A DNA stretch of 64,000 nucleotides from Desulfatiglandales bacterium. Lineage in GTDB: Bacteria > Desulfobacterota > DSM-4660 > Desulfatiglandales > HGW-15. A model generated the notes under the pieces. That model was not told the origin of the DNA. It saw only the letters and a program-made list of their open reading frames with translations, and searched no databases. Both the position numbers and the translations under genes were made by a program. Of the stretch, positions 1 through 10,718 are shown in pieces (position 1 is the stretch's first letter; each line of letters begins with the position of its first letter). The DNA is taken from contig CAXXJJ010000001.1 of the NCBI GenBank assembly GCA_963667015.2, forward strand, positions 2,400,001 to 2,464,000, in the 5' to 3' direction.

Positions 1-1290
1 GTTTTAAAAACAGCCCGCAGGGCAGGGGCTGCCGATTGCCGTGTTGCCTTTAATAAAAGCCGGTTTGTTGAGGTCGGATACCGGGAGCATAAGCCGGAAC
101 TCGTCAGTGAAGCATCCACTCAGAATATTGGCATACAGGTTTTTGTAGATGGTTGTTTTTCCAGCCGGAGTACATCTGATTTAAGAAAAGACGCGCTTAA
201 GTCTTTTGTCTCAGATACTGTAGAGTCGGCAAGACTGCTTGAGAAGGACCCATTCAGGAGTCTGCCCGATCCCCGATATTACAGTGGGCGAACCGGTACT
301 GACCTGAAGATAGCCGATCCCAAATTTAACACCATTACACCGGAGCAGCGCCATGCAATTGCCAAAGATCTGGAAACCGCCTGCCTGAAGGCCGGAGGCG
401 ACAGGGTTATATCTGTGAGCACCACTGTATATGATGTTGTTAATGAGGAGGCAGTCCTCACAGGCAATGGTTTTTCCGGTGAACAAAAATCCACGCTCTG
501 TTATGCTGTAGGGGAGATGACTGCCCGGGATGAAGGCGATCGCAAACCGAACGGCTATGATTATGCGGTTGGCAGGTCCTACAATGATTTACCCTCCTGC
601 AGCGAACTCGGCAAAAATACCGCATCGCGGACCATGGACCTGATGGGCTGTAAAAAGATACCCACTGAAACACTGCCTGTAATTATAGAGAACCGCAATG
701 TCAGCAACGTACTTAATCAATTTACCTCGGCCATGAGCGGCGGGGCACTTCAGCAGAAACAGTCCTTTCTCCTTGATAAGAAGGGAAAAAAGATTGGCAG
801 TGATATCTTTACCCTTATTGACGATCCCCATATAATCGGAGGCCTTGGCAGCCGGGTTTATGATGGTGACGGGTTTGCAACAAAGAAACGGGTCATGATT
901 GAAAAAGGTGTGCTTAATGAATACTTCATTGACTGGTACCGCAGCCGGAAACTTGGGGTTGAACCTACTACTGGGGGACCCTCAAACCTGGTATTGCCTC
1001 CGGGTAAACGGTCCCTGGCAGAGATTATGAAGGACCTGGGAAGAGGTATCTTTATAAACGGTTTCATTGGAGGGAACTCCAACTCCAATACCGGCGATTT
1101 CTCCATGGGCATAACCGGTAAGCTGTTTGACAATGGCGAATTCACTCAAAACGTGGCGGAGATGAACATTGCCGACAACCATCTTGAATTCTGGAACAAG
1201 CTGGTCGAGGCTGCCAATGATCCCTGGACATACAGCGATATTTATACCCCGAGCCTTGTTTTTAAGGATATTGTTGTTTCAGGTATTTAG
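1..1290 (+). CDS. pmbA: TldE/PmbA family metalloprotease subunit, 5' partial
   Basis: Frame +1 is open from base 1 (VLKTARRAGAADCRV...). The C-terminal half has PmbA motifs (DDP..GLGSRVYDGDG, NSNTGDFS, VAEMNIA). Confidence 0.85.
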   Translation, partial: VLKTARRAGAADCRVAFNKSRFVEVGYREHKPELVSEASTQNIGIQVFVDGCFSSRSTSDLRKDALKSFVSDTVESARLLEKDPFRSLPDPRYYSGRTGTDLKIADPKFNTITPEQRHAIAKDLETACLKAGGDRVISVSTTVYDVVNEEAVLTGNGFSGEQKSTLCYAVGEMTARDEGDRKPNGYDYAVGRSYNDLPSCSELGKNTASRTMDLMGCKKIPTETLPVIIENRNVSNVLNQFTSAMSGGALQQKQSFLLDKKGKKIGSDIFTLIDDPHIIGGLGSRVYDGDGFATKKRVMIEKGVLNEYFIDWYRSRKLGVEPTTGGPSNLVLPPGKRSLAEIMKDLGRGIFINGFIGGNSNSNTGDFSMGITGKLFDNGEFTQNVAEMNIADNHLEFWNKLVEAANDPWTYSDIYTPSLVFKDIVVSGI

Positions 1291-1312
1291 CCTGCAATGA
1301 TGGAGTAAACGC

Positions 1313-2263
1313 ATGAAAATGGATAGTATAAAACATATCGGCATAATCGGTACCGGTATGATGGCGTCAAGCATGGCTGTGCTGACAACCGGCCACGGTT
1401 ATAAAACTACAGTGTTTGCAAGATCATCCGAAAGGGCGGAAAGCTGCAGGGCAGGTATGGATGGTTACTACAGGGAGATTTCAGATAAGAACCTTATAAC
1501 CAGAGAACAGGTTGATATATGCATGAATTATCTGAACTTTGCATTCACATACGATGACCTGGAGGATGTTGATGTCTTTTACGAGTGTGTGGCAGAGGTA
1601 CCGGAAACAAAACATGCGGTCTACAGGGAGATAGAAGGGCATTGTCCTGATGTGAAAGCGATCTGCTCGGTCAGTTCATCCATAGTTGTCGAGGATCTTG
1701 TTAAGGGCATAAACAAATATGCAGATCGTGTTGTTGTTACACACCCCTTTAATCCTCCTCATATGGTCCCTTTTTTTGAACTGGCAAAGGGAAGCAGTAC
1801 AGCAGATGGTGTTGTCGAGTTTGCTGCTGAGCTGCTTACTGCCATGGATCGGAAACCCGTAATATTAAAAAAGAGCGCTCCTGGTTTTATCGGGAACCGG
1901 CTTCAGTTTGCCCTCTGGAGAGAGGTGCTTTACCTGGTTGAAAACGGAATAGCCGACCCGAAGGATATTGACACCTGCCTTATGTACAGTTTCTGTCCCA
2001 GGTATACCTCAATAGGAATATTTGAACATTTTGACAACGGCGGAATGCAGCTGAACTACAATGTTGTCAAAACACTCTTTCCGCTTTTAAGCGATCAAAA
2101 GGAAGTGCCAAAGGTCATCACAGACAGGATGGAGGCAGGCGACATGGGGCAGAAGTCCGGAAGGGGCTTTTATGACTGGCATAATGTTGACATGGATGAA
2201 TACAGGGAGAGGGTGAGTGCGCCCTACTGGAGATTTTTTAACTGGGATTATCCTGAGAAATAG
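1313..2263 (+). CDS. 3-hydroxyacyl-CoA dehydrogenase family protein
   Basis: Rossmann GTGMMA, THPFNPPH, PGFIGNRLQFAL, GQKSGRGFY; RBS GGAG. Confidence 0.9.
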   Translation: MKMDSIKHIGIIGTGMMASSMAVLTTGHGYKTTVFARSSERAESCRAGMDGYYREISDKNLITREQVDICMNYLNFAFTYDDLEDVDVFYECVAEVPETKHAVYREIEGHCPDVKAICSVSSSIVVEDLVKGINKYADRVVVTHPFNPPHMVPFFELAKGSSTADGVVEFAAELLTAMDRKPVILKKSAPGFIGNRLQFALWREVLYLVENGIADPKDIDTCLMYSFCPRYTSIGIFEHFDNGGMQLNYNVVKTLFPLLSDQKEVPKVITDRMEAGDMGQKSGRGFYDWHNVDMDEYRERVSAPYWRFFNWDYPEK

Positions 2264-2361
2264 CTGTATTTTCCGGGCTGAAAGGGAAAGGAATGAGAAC
2301 GCGGCCCCGCTCTTCTTAAGAGCTTCTTCTCTATGCTGCAGGTGAACGGAGCCTCTATCCA

Positions 2362-3291
2362 TTACACGATCAGAACGGCAGCCTGCGTAACCATGTTCAG
2401 GATTTTCGTGCTTACCCTGCCCATGAGAAATTCTTCAACAGCGGTTATTCCGCGTCTTCCCACCACAAGGGTCCCATAGCCTTCTTTTTTGGCCTTGGCA
2501 ACCAGTGCCGCTGCCCGGCTTGTTTTCTTTTTAAGAATATCTCTGGAAATCTGATCGGGTAAAAAGCCGGCACTTTTAAGCCTCTGTTCCGCTTTTTTAA
2601 ATGCCGGTTCAATAAGTTTTTTATTTTCATCGATCCATCTTGCTTCCTCTGTGGAACTGAAATACTTTGTCAGGCCGTAATGGATTCCCATTGGCCTTAT
2701 AACATGACACAGTGTAACTTCACAGTCTGTATTTCCCATAAGTCTCCCGACACAACCTACTGCCTTCATTGCCCCCTCAGAGCCATCAAAGCCCACAAGG
2801 ATCTTTTTTGAGGCAGGTTTTCCACCGACAGTAAGTATAGGAGTATCAGGAATCTTTCCTATGAGCTTGGCTGCAACACTTCCCATTATCGTGTCTTTTA
2901 TGTTGCTTGCGCCGGTACGCCCTGCAACAACAAGACTGTAGTGCTTTTCTGATTCTTTTATAATATCCCGTGCAATTCCGATCTTTTTTGATTGAATCTT
3001 TATCTTCACTGATTCAGGAGGAAATCCGTCATTTGTTAGAATTTTTTTTGCATCATCCATGAATTTTTCCATACTGCTATTTAACTGGTAGGCCCATGCA
3101 TTTGCAGAAGCTACACTTGAACTGAATCCGGGTTCTCTGGATAGATCAAGAAAGGGCTCGGGTAAATCTACTTTCACATTGAATAAAACAACTTCGGTTT
3201 TTTGTGCCGGGAAAAGATGGCTTATGTACTTTACCTCATTCATTGCCTGATCAGATCCGTCTAAAACCACCAGTATTTTTCTTTTCATCAT
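2362..3291 (-). CDS. Tandem-domain universal stress protein
   Basis: Two USP domains (KILVVLDGS...GRTG..MGSVA; KILVGFDGS...GRRG..MGRVS). Confidence 0.9.
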   Translation of the reverse strand: MMKRKILVVLDGSDQAMNEVKYISHLFPAQKTEVVLFNVKVDLPEPFLDLSREPGFSSSVASANAWAYQLNSSMEKFMDDAKKILTNDGFPPESVKIKIQSKKIGIARDIIKESEKHYSLVVAGRTGASNIKDTIMGSVAAKLIGKIPDTPILTVGGKPASKKILVGFDGSEGAMKAVGCVGRLMGNTDCEVTLCHVIRPMGIHYGLTKYFSSTEEARWIDENKKLIEPAFKKAEQRLKSAGFLPDQISRDILKKKTSRAAALVAKAKKEGYGTLVVGRRGITAVEEFLMGRVSTKILNMVTQAAVLIV

Positions 3292-3381
3292 ATCTCCTTT
3301 TTTGAGAAGTAATTCTATAATTTTAATATGCGTTCATTCAGCACTGACAGAGGTAGTATGCAGAACTGTAATTTTAATCAG

Positions 3382-3397
3382 TTCAAGATTTGTACCG
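3382..3397 (-). promoter_or_regulatory. Possible sigma-54 promoter for the usp gene
   Basis: Minus strand reads CGGTACAAATCTTGAA, i.e. GG-N10-GA with a variant -12 element, ~90 nt upstream of the start. Confidence 0.35.
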
Positions 3398-3726
3398 TAA
3401 ATGAAAATGAATTATTGTTGTTATATTAATGGTTTATGTTTAATGTCAGGGCCGTGGCAGATTCCATATTGTTGATATGCTTTTCAAAATGAAAAAATAC
3501 CTGACACCTAATCTGTCTAAAGATCAGCGTGGGATTATCAGAAGTGGCTTATACAGGAAAGGTAAAAGGGAGGCTGATTGCGGTTATCTCAGGCGGCCTT
3601 TTATTATTCATTGATCACTGTGTTTAACCATAAATTCCAGGTGATGAACCATAAACCCCGCTTTTATGTTCTTGAATTTTGTCTAAAAAAAACTTAAATC
3701 TAAGGCATCATCCGGATGCTTGATTT

Positions 3727-4584
3727 TTGAAAGGCTTTTTAAAATTCATGAGATCTATCTATTACACACTGCGGTTTCGCGGCAATAGAATTATCCTTCT
3801 TCTGTTATTATCCTTAATCCTTAGCTTTTTTTTAAGCTGCAGGACTCCTATATATATATCAGAGGAAAACTATATTCCGCCTGTGAAAGATATTAAAACA
3901 GAGCCGGTTGCGCCCCCTGTTACAGAAGCAGCTATCCCCCTGATGGAGTATGCCATTCAGGCGGGTGCCTTTTCAAGTATTGGAAACGCGGTAAGGTTTA
4001 CCGAATCCCTCCAGAAACTCGGGCTTGAACCCTATTATTTTAAGGATTCCGGCTTTTACAAGGTTCGGTTTGGTGATTTCCCGTCCAGGGAGCTGGCACT
4101 GGTCAAGGGCAAATGAGCTTCGTGAAAACGGCCTGATCGCAGGAGTTTTATATCATAGGGCCCGGGGACTATCAAAAGGGAAAAGATAAAGACCCTCAAT
4201 CCAATAAACGACCTGAGAAATGAGATTGTGCGTACTGCAAAGAGCTTCATCGGCATCCCCTATCGCTTTGGGGGTGAAAATGCAAAGGACGGGTTTGACT
4301 GCAGCGGGCTTACCATGGCCTCCTACCGGCTAAACGGGCTCAAACTTCCCAGAAACAGTCGACAGCAGTGGGCCGCCGGGAAGGCCATAGATAAGCAGGA
4401 TGCCATGGCAGGGGACCTTGTCTTTTTTGATACCCTGGGAAAGGGTAAAGTATCACATGTGGGGATATATATTGGAAACGGAGAATTTATCCACGCTCCG
4501 AGAACGGGTAAAACAATCCGGATTGCATCACTGTCAAGCAGCTATTTTAAAAAATGTTATCTGGGCACGAAAACATATTTATAG
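3727..4584 (+). pseudogene. SPOR + NlpC/P60 lipoprotein peptidase, split by frameshifts (pseudogene or sequence error)
   Basis: Lipobox FFLSC and SPOR domain (YAIQAGAFS...YKVRFGDFPS) in 3727-4116; NlpC/P60 (GIPYRFGG..FDCSG..HVGIY..FIHA) in 4228-4584. The linker reads through frames +2 and +3. Confidence 0.8.
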
Positions 4585-4701
4585 ATCCTGCCCCGCTTAA
4601 ATTTTTACCGGATGATGGTCAGTATTTTCTGTTGATCACTGTTTTACAGCAATAAACCCTGAAGATTAGACTCAGATATAAGTCCGGAAGGAAAACAGGA
4701 T

Positions 4702-5619
4702 ATGAAAAAGAATATGCTGATTAGAATATTAATCCCTCTTATGATTCTCCTTGCCTCAATTCAGGGTGCTTATGCAGATGGTCTTTCTCTGAAGCGCGTA
4801 GACACTTCGGTGCTTAAAAGCCTGGATAATTTCAATGTAACTGATCTTCATCCGCCATATATGGATGCATTAAAACCAGTCAAGTACATTGATAAAAATT
4901 CATTTGCTGCAAAGGTACGTGAAATCAGTCTCAGGCTGTATTCCGGCAAGGCATATGACCCGGAAAGTAAATCCTATGAAAAGCCGGGCAGATATTACCT
5001 GGAGATATATAAGACAAACACGTCTGTTTTGTATGAATTTGAAAACATCCGGCAGATTCAGGATATTATGCGAATCAGGAGCGGAGGTATGTATCTCCCC
5101 ATTCGGCTCCAGGCAACGGTCACAGAACCCCCTGAAGATGATGGGACCACCGTTGGTTCTCCATACCCCATTTACGAAATAGGCCTCAGGTTTGAGGATA
5201 CTGAAACACTCAGCCTTGAATCATTAAATATTGTTGTATCGAAGCTGCCGCAGATTCCTGTATTCATATCAACGGTAGTTACTCATTCCGAGTATAACAG
5301 GATGCTTGGAAGGGCCATTGTCTATGAGCAGTATGAGGCCCCGTCCTTTATGGTTGTGGAGCTGTTTGAACCAACGGGGCCCTTTCCTGAGCATACGAAG
5401 GCATCCAAAAGAATTGATGTTTGTTCAAATGAATTGACCTGCAAAGAATACAGGAGGCTGTCAGGAGAGTCTTCCTATGGCGGCGGTCCGTCAAACGTTG
5501 AATGGGACGGCTTAACACTGAGGTATAAAGTAGGTGTCGGCAAAAAACGATTCTCCTGCGCACTTAATGGCCTGGATGAAAACAATTTTGATTCCTATTG
5601 TCATCCGGATGTGAGGTGA
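4702..5619 (+). CDS. Secreted hypothetical protein
   Basis: 305-aa ORF, signal peptide ending AYA, RBS AGGA. Confidence 0.7.
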   Translation: MKKNMLIRILIPLMILLASIQGAYADGLSLKRVDTSVLKSLDNFNVTDLHPPYMDALKPVKYIDKNSFAAKVREISLRLYSGKAYDPESKSYEKPGRYYLEIYKTNTSVLYEFENIRQIQDIMRIRSGGMYLPIRLQATVTEPPEDDGTTVGSPYPIYEIGLRFEDTETLSLESLNIVVSKLPQIPVFISTVVTHSEYNRMLGRAIVYEQYEAPSFMVVELFEPTGPFPEHTKASKRIDVCSNELTCKEYRRLSGESSYGGGPSNVEWDGLTLRYKVGVGKKRFSCALNGLDENNFDSYCHPDVR

Positions 5620-5668
5620 AAAAGACCGGCATTCCTTTTTGACAGATGTTCTGTCTCGTTTGGATATT

Positions 5669-7153
5669 TCAGGATAGTTTCATTACACCGGTTATGCAGT
5701 CAGGCAGTGTTTCCTGATGATGTGTAACATAGATAATGGCAATATCGCTTATACCTGCCATCATATCGATTATGCCCTTAAAATGTTTCTGCTGGCGCGT
5801 GTCCAATCCGGCGCAGGGTTCGTCAAGCAGTAATAAGTACGGGGCTTTAACCAGGGACCTTGCGAGCAGGCACAGACGTTTCTGGCTGTTTGAGACCTCA
5901 TACAAAAAATGATCTTTAATCTCAGGCAATCCCATGATCTCCATCCACTGTTCTGCAATCTGCCTGTTTTCCTCTGTAGTCCTTTTAAATAAGCCGATAG
6001 TGTCATAAAATCCTGATTCAACCACCTGGGTACAGTTATAGGTGTCAGGAAAATACAGTTGAAGCTCCGGTGACATGAAACCGATTCGTTTTTTTATATC
6101 CCATATGCTTTCGCCCGTGCCACGCTTCCTCCCAAAAAGTGTCATATCGTTTGCATAGGCCTGTGGGTGGTCTGCATTTATGAGAGCCAGCAGTGTGGAT
6201 TTACCTGACCCGTTGGGGCCTGACAATGCCCAGCGCTCTCCCTGTTTAACCTTCCAGTTGATATTGTCAAAAATAATATTTTCGCCATAGGCAACACGAA
6301 CATTTTTCATGGATACCAGTATGTCCGAAGCAAGCCTGTCCCTGGGGTGTAAAAGCTGTTTGATTTTATCGGCATCCGGCACACTCAAATTCCGTGTTTC
6401 CCACTGTGCCGGATTAAAATCTGATCTCCTAAAAATATTAACTCCCCTGTTTTTTTCTGTCACCGCTATGTGTGTGATGATTCCAGAAATTTCATTCGGG
6501 TCTGTTACCATGACCATGGTAATGCCCGATTGAGCTATCTGATAAAAAATGGTTTCAAATTTATTCCTGGTATCCACATCCAGTCCGGAAAGTGGGTTGT
6601 CAAGAAGCAGTAAAATGGGATTTTTTAATAGGGCCGTGCCTATCCGCACACGTTTGGACTCGCCGTTTGAAAGCTTTGTCAGATGTTTTTTGCGAAGGGA
6701 TGACAGGTTAAATGTCTCATAGACCCTGTCAAGGTTCCATTGTCCGGAAGATTTATTTTCTTCTGCAATCTGTTCAAGATAATCTTCCAGGATTAGGGCG
6801 TCATCGGAAAACTCTGCATTGAAACGCTGCTGATAAAATGAATGCTGAACATTGCCTCCCAGTAAATCGTTATGAGAGGGCACAAAAGCAATCAGGCTTC
6901 TGTGTGAAAAGAGCGGGTCTGATATTGAATGGGACTTGAGATATTCCCGGAAGTAATAATTGGAGATTGAGCCTGCGGATAGAAAACCCCGGCCTGCCAG
7001 AAGCTCCAGCAATGCACTCTTGCCTGATCCGCTCTCACCAATAATGGCCCAGTGCTCTCCCTGGTTTATGGTTAAATTAAACCCCGCAAAAATTACCTTT
7101 CCACGGAATTTTAATGTGGCATCTTCTATTGCCAGTATTTCAGGTGTTTTCAT
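5669..7153 (-). CDS. modF: ModF-like double ABC ATPase
   Basis: Two Walker A motifs (GESGSGKS, GPNGSGKS) and the ModF signature DHPQAYAN..LFGRKRGTGESIWDIKKRIG. Confidence 0.85.
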   Translation of the reverse strand: MKTPEILAIEDATLKFRGKVIFAGFNLTINQGEHWAIIGESGSGKSALLELLAGRGFLSAGSISNYYFREYLKSHSISDPLFSHRSLIAFVPSHNDLLGGNVQHSFYQQRFNAEFSDDALILEDYLEQIAEENKSSGQWNLDRVYETFNLSSLRKKHLTKLSNGESKRVRIGTALLKNPILLLLDNPLSGLDVDTRNKFETIFYQIAQSGITMVMVTDPNEISGIITHIAVTEKNRGVNIFRRSDFNPAQWETRNLSVPDADKIKQLLHPRDRLASDILVSMKNVRVAYGENIIFDNINWKVKQGERWALSGPNGSGKSTLLALINADHPQAYANDMTLFGRKRGTGESIWDIKKRIGFMSPELQLYFPDTYNCTQVVESGFYDTIGLFKRTTEENRQIAEQWMEIMGLPEIKDHFLYEVSNSQKRLCLLARSLVKAPYLLLLDEPCAGLDTRQQKHFKGIIDMMAGISDIAIIYVTHHQETLPDCITGVMKLS

Positions 7154-7261
7154 AAACAGTAGATCCTGGGAAAATTACTCTTGTTTACATCATCAGTAAA
7201 ACATATTATGCCTATTAGTAAGGCATTAACAAAAAGTCAACAGGAGTCAAACAAAGAATTG

Positions 7262-7617
7262 GCTGAAGGATGAAAGCTATCCGGAAATTGTGATACAGCA
7301 CCAGCGTCATGAGATGCATCAATTGTCATCTCAAGTCCGGCTAAGGGGCAGCGGGATAAATTCCAGGAGAGATTCTGCAAACGTAGGGGCACGACGCATC
7401 GTGCCCATTATTTCAGAGTCCATCGAAATGACATATCAGGGCATTACATCGTTGACGCGATGCTGAAGGCTATTCGGAAATTGTGATCCAGCTCCAGCGT
7501 CATTCCCCGACTGCGATCTGAAGGGGAATCCAGCTCCAGCGTCATTCCCCGACTGGATCGGGGAATCCAGAGTTCTGTAATCAATTCTACTGGATGCCAG
7601 ATCAAGTCTGGCATGAC
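7262..7617. repeat. Cluster of REP-like palindromic repeats
   Basis: GTCATTCCCC..GGGGAATCCAG units at 7499 and 7541, an inverted unit at 7590-7617, a GTAG-type REP at ~7383-7406, a GTCATCTC unit at 7325-7376, and an imperfect direct repeat at 7262-7310 / 7462-7503. Confidence 0.8.
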
Positions 7618-7743
7618 GAATCGGTGAAACAGGCATTTAGATATATTAATAACTGCGTAAAATCTACAGGTCTGGCTTAGCCGGCTAACACGACCATGCC
7701 TAAAAGACATGGATTTAGATACTGCTTAAAAAAGGAGAAATAA

Positions 7744-8181
7744 ATGGAACCCAAACCGGAACAGGCGCCTCCGGAGTATGGACCGCCCATTTCACTTGAG
7801 CTTGCAAAAAAGGTAATGGCTGCTGCAGAGGCTGAAGCAGCTGCAAACAACTGGGCCGTAGCTATCGTTATTGTGGACAGCGGAGCAAATCCTGTCATGC
7901 TGCACAAACTGGATCAGACACAGCTGTCGAGTATGGATCTTGCTCAGGCAAAGGCTGAGACAGCAGTGAGTTATAAGTGTCCGACCAGGTTGTGGCAGGA
8001 CCTGCTTGCTTCGGGCGGTGAGGAGCTGCGCCTTATTACCATGAAGAGTATCATTGCTCTTGAAGGAGGTATTCCGCTTATTATAGATGGAAAAATTATA
8101 GGGGCCATTGGAGTGTCAGGGGTGTTTCCAATGCAGGATTCACAGGTTGCTGCAGCAGGGGCAGATGCCCTGGCCGGCTGA
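7744..8181 (+). CDS. GlcG/HbpS family heme-binding protein
   Basis: AIVIVDSG...AQAKAETA...EGGIPL..IGAIGVSG; RBS AAGGAG. Confidence 0.9.
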   Translation: MEPKPEQAPPEYGPPISLELAKKVMAAAEAEAAANNWAVAIVIVDSGANPVMLHKLDQTQLSSMDLAQAKAETAVSYKCPTRLWQDLLASGGEELRLITMKSIIALEGGIPLIIDGKIIGAIGVSGVFPMQDSQVAAAGADALAG

Positions 8182-8208
8182 TACGGAATACCTGGGACTT
8201 AAGTAATC

Positions 8209-9120
8209 ATGGAAAATTTTTTAATAATCCTGGCTTTCCTGCTGATAGGTAAAGCATTAAGGCATATACCGGACTTTTCCGATGAAACCGGGAATATCCT
8301 GAATCTGTTTGTAATATATATATCCCTGCCGGCACTGGTTCTTCAGAATATCCCCAGACTGGTATTTTCAAAAGACCTGCTGGTTCCCATGCTTATGCCC
8401 TGGGGCATTCTGCTTTTTTCATGTGCTGTTATACTGATTTTTTCAAAAATATTTAAATGGAACCGTTCAGCCACAGGTTGTCTTCTCCTTTTAATACCGC
8501 TTGGAAACACCTCGTTTTTAGGTATTCCAATGGTAAAGGCATTTTTTGGAGAAAATGGCATTCCATATGCACTGATATATGACCAGCTGGGTTCCTTTCT
8601 TGCCCTCGCGGTTTACGGCTCCCTTATTATAGCCCTTTATGGAACAGGAAAAAGCAGACCCACGATAAAAGGTGTCTGCACCAGGGTTGTTACATTCCCT
8701 CCCTTTATCGCTCTTGTACTCGCTCTTGCCTTAAGATCCATTACATATCCTTCCGCAGTCACCGAACTTTTAAAGATTCTGTCTTCAACCCTTGTGCCGC
8801 TGGTAATGATTGCAGTGGGTTTTCAGTTAACATTGCGGCTCAATAAAGAAGTAACCCTGCAGCTTGGCTTCGGTCTTTTAATGAAATTAATTGTGGCCCC
8901 TGCGGCTGCGCTTATATTCTGCAAAATTACAGGCATGGAAGGTGAAGCAGTGAGGGTTTCCATATTCGAATCCGGAATGCCGCCAATGGTTTCAGCAGGC
9001 GCACTGGCTGTTATAGCCAATCTTTCACCGGCACTTACTTCTGCACTGGTGGGTGTGGGAATTATTCTCAGTTTTGCCACACTGCCCATTCTTTATCAGA
9101 TACTTTCACTAATAAATTGA
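8209..9120 (+). CDS. AEC (auxin efflux carrier) family transporter
   Basis: Multi-pass membrane protein with ISLPAL, GNTSFLGIP and ESGMPP. Confidence 0.88.
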   Translation: MENFLIILAFLLIGKALRHIPDFSDETGNILNLFVIYISLPALVLQNIPRLVFSKDLLVPMLMPWGILLFSCAVILIFSKIFKWNRSATGCLLLLIPLGNTSFLGIPMVKAFFGENGIPYALIYDQLGSFLALAVYGSLIIALYGTGKSRPTIKGVCTRVVTFPPFIALVLALALRSITYPSAVTELLKILSSTLVPLVMIAVGFQLTLRLNKEVTLQLGFGLLMKLIVAPAAALIFCKITGMEGEAVRVSIFESGMPPMVSAGALAVIANLSPALTSALVGVGIILSFATLPILYQILSLIN

Positions 9121-9271
9121 ATATTTCAATGTCTACAGGAGCAGGGCCATACCTGGCACGATGAAGCGTTAGCGAAGGCGGCTGCCTGCCCATTTTTTCC
9201 CAAACAAGAACTGATACAGGGTAAAATATATCATTGACATAATGAAATATACTGATATATGTTAGCATAAA

Positions 9272-9374
9272 AAGGCACGAAGCCTTATTAAAAGACTTAT
9301 AATTAAATAGAATTTTCAGCCACGAAGGCTTTTTTGAATTTTTAATTTCAAAAAAGCATTCGTGGCTTTTTTTT
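9272..9374 (+). promoter_or_regulatory. Candidate attenuator leader: two ACGAA-loop hairpins plus intrinsic terminator upstream of nikM/cbiM
   Basis: AAGGC-ACGAA-GCCTT (9272-9286) and AGCC-ACGAA-GGCT (9318-9330). The second overlaps a long stem (9318-9338 / 9347-9367) followed by T8. TTGACA at 9234. Confidence 0.6.
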
Positions 9375-9394
9375 GGATCGAAGGGATTAATACA

Positions 9395-10006
9395 TTGCAT
9401 ATCTCAGAAGGAATTTTAACAGCACCGGTACTGCTTTCCGGAGCAGCTCTGACAGTTGCGGGAACCGCGATTGGCCTGAAAAAAATAGACTATGATCGCA
9501 TTCCTAAGGTCGCGATTCTTTCAGCGGGTTTTTTTGTAGCCTCTCTTGTGCACGTGCCTATCGGACCTTCCAGCATACACCTTGTATTAAACGGGCTTGT
9601 TGGAATTTTCCTTGGCTGGGCGGCATTTCCTGCCATCCTTGTCGGGCTGTTGCTCCAGGCAATACTTTTTCAGTATGGAGGGCTTACCTCTCTTGGTGTC
9701 AACACTCTCAACATGGCGTTTCCGGCAATAGTATGTTATCTGCTTTTAGGCAAGGGAGTAAAAAGCAGCAACTTTATTGTGTCGTCTGTTTCATCCTTTT
9801 TATGCGGATTTACTGCAGTGCTTTTAAGCAGCATCATGGTAGCCCTTTCTCTTTATTTCACGGGAGAGCAATTTCTTGCAGTTGCAAAAATGATTGTTAT
9901 TGCCAATCTACCCATAATGGTTATAGAGGGGATAGTTGCGTTTTTCTGTGTAAGATTTCTAAAAAAAGTAAAACCCGACATTCTCGAGGTTGTTTATGAA
10001 AGCTAG
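9395..10006 (+). CDS. cbiM: ECF Ni/Co transporter substrate-binding S component NikM/CbiM
   Basis: A TTG start at 9395 after AAGGGA gives the conserved metal-binding N-terminus MHISEG; also SIHLVLNGL and GGLTSLGVN. Confidence 0.88.
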   Translation: MHISEGILTAPVLLSGAALTVAGTAIGLKKIDYDRIPKVAILSAGFFVASLVHVPIGPSSIHLVLNGLVGIFLGWAAFPAILVGLLLQAILFQYGGLTSLGVNTLNMAFPAIVCYLLLGKGVKSSNFIVSSVSSFLCGFTAVLLSSIMVALSLYFTGEQFLAVAKMIVIANLPIMVIEGIVAFFCVRFLKKVKPDILEVVYES

Positions 10007-10622
10007 TGAAAAAAGATCAATGAGACAAAAGAGTAACTGTTTTTTTACTGTCCTGACATTTATAGCTGTTTTGTTTTTTTATAGTTCTGCTGCCCATGCT
10101 CATAAGGTTTACATATTTGCATGGACAGAAGGTGATATGATTTATACTGAGAGCTACTTCGGTGGAAATAAAAAAGTTCAGGATGGGACAATAACAGTGT
10201 TTGACTCTGAAGGAAAAGGGCTTCTCAATGGCAGAACCAATGAGAATGGAGAGTTTTCTTTTAAAATCCCCAAAATTGACGACCTGAATATTGTCCTTGA
10301 ATCTTCCATGGGGCATGGCGCCGAATATCTTTTTAAAAAATCAGAATTCTCATCCGACCAGGTCCCGACAGCAGAAGTTACTTCCGATACCGGTACTACT
10401 GAAAAAACCGAAGTTCCACTCGAAGTTGCAGCCGGGCAGGATTCACTAAGGAAGGAATTTGAAGCTGCCCTTGATGTAAAGCTTAAACCCATCATAAGAG
10501 AACTTGCAAAACTCAGGGAGGATAAAGGCCCTGGGGTTACCGAAATAATCGGAGGGATCGGTTATATTCTGGGAATCATGGGGATTGTCGCCTATATGAA
10601 ATCGAAAAAAAGACAGGGGTAA
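9996..10622 (+). CDS. NikL/CbiL-like accessory ECF component
   Basis: Signal peptide AHA|HKVYIFAW, GHGAE, C-terminal TM (IIGGIGYILG); overlaps nikM. Confidence 0.75.
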   Translation: MKASEKRSMRQKSNCFFTVLTFIAVLFFYSSAAHAHKVYIFAWTEGDMIYTESYFGGNKKVQDGTITVFDSEGKGLLNGRTNENGEFSFKIPKIDDLNIVLESSMGHGAEYLFKKSEFSSDQVPTAEVTSDTGTTEKTEVPLEVAAGQDSLRKEFEAALDVKLKPIIRELAKLREDKGPGVTEIIGGIGYILGIMGIVAYMKSKKRQG

Positions 10623-10718
10623 AGGCTCAAGGAATTAATCATGATCTACGAATCAGGATTTGAAGTTCTGACTCATAAACGTTTTACAAAATAAAAATCA
10701 AATAATGTTAAAACAACC

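Noticed and set aside
4114..4116. TGA as selenocysteine readthrough
   Set aside because: The same frame has further stops (TGA 4135, TAG 4156), and plausible protein continues in other frames.
7436..7907. Short minus-strand ORFs
   Set aside because: They are translations of palindromic repeats or antisense to glcG.
9150..9166. CTGGCACGATGAAGC as a sigma-54 promoter
   Set aside because: GG-to-GC spacing is 9 rather than 10, and it lies within a REP-like element.
9121..9394. Cobalamin or NiCo riboswitch upstream of cbiM
   Set aside because: No B12-box or GGGAA/GCCACTG core and no four-way junction is visible; the region is AT-rich.
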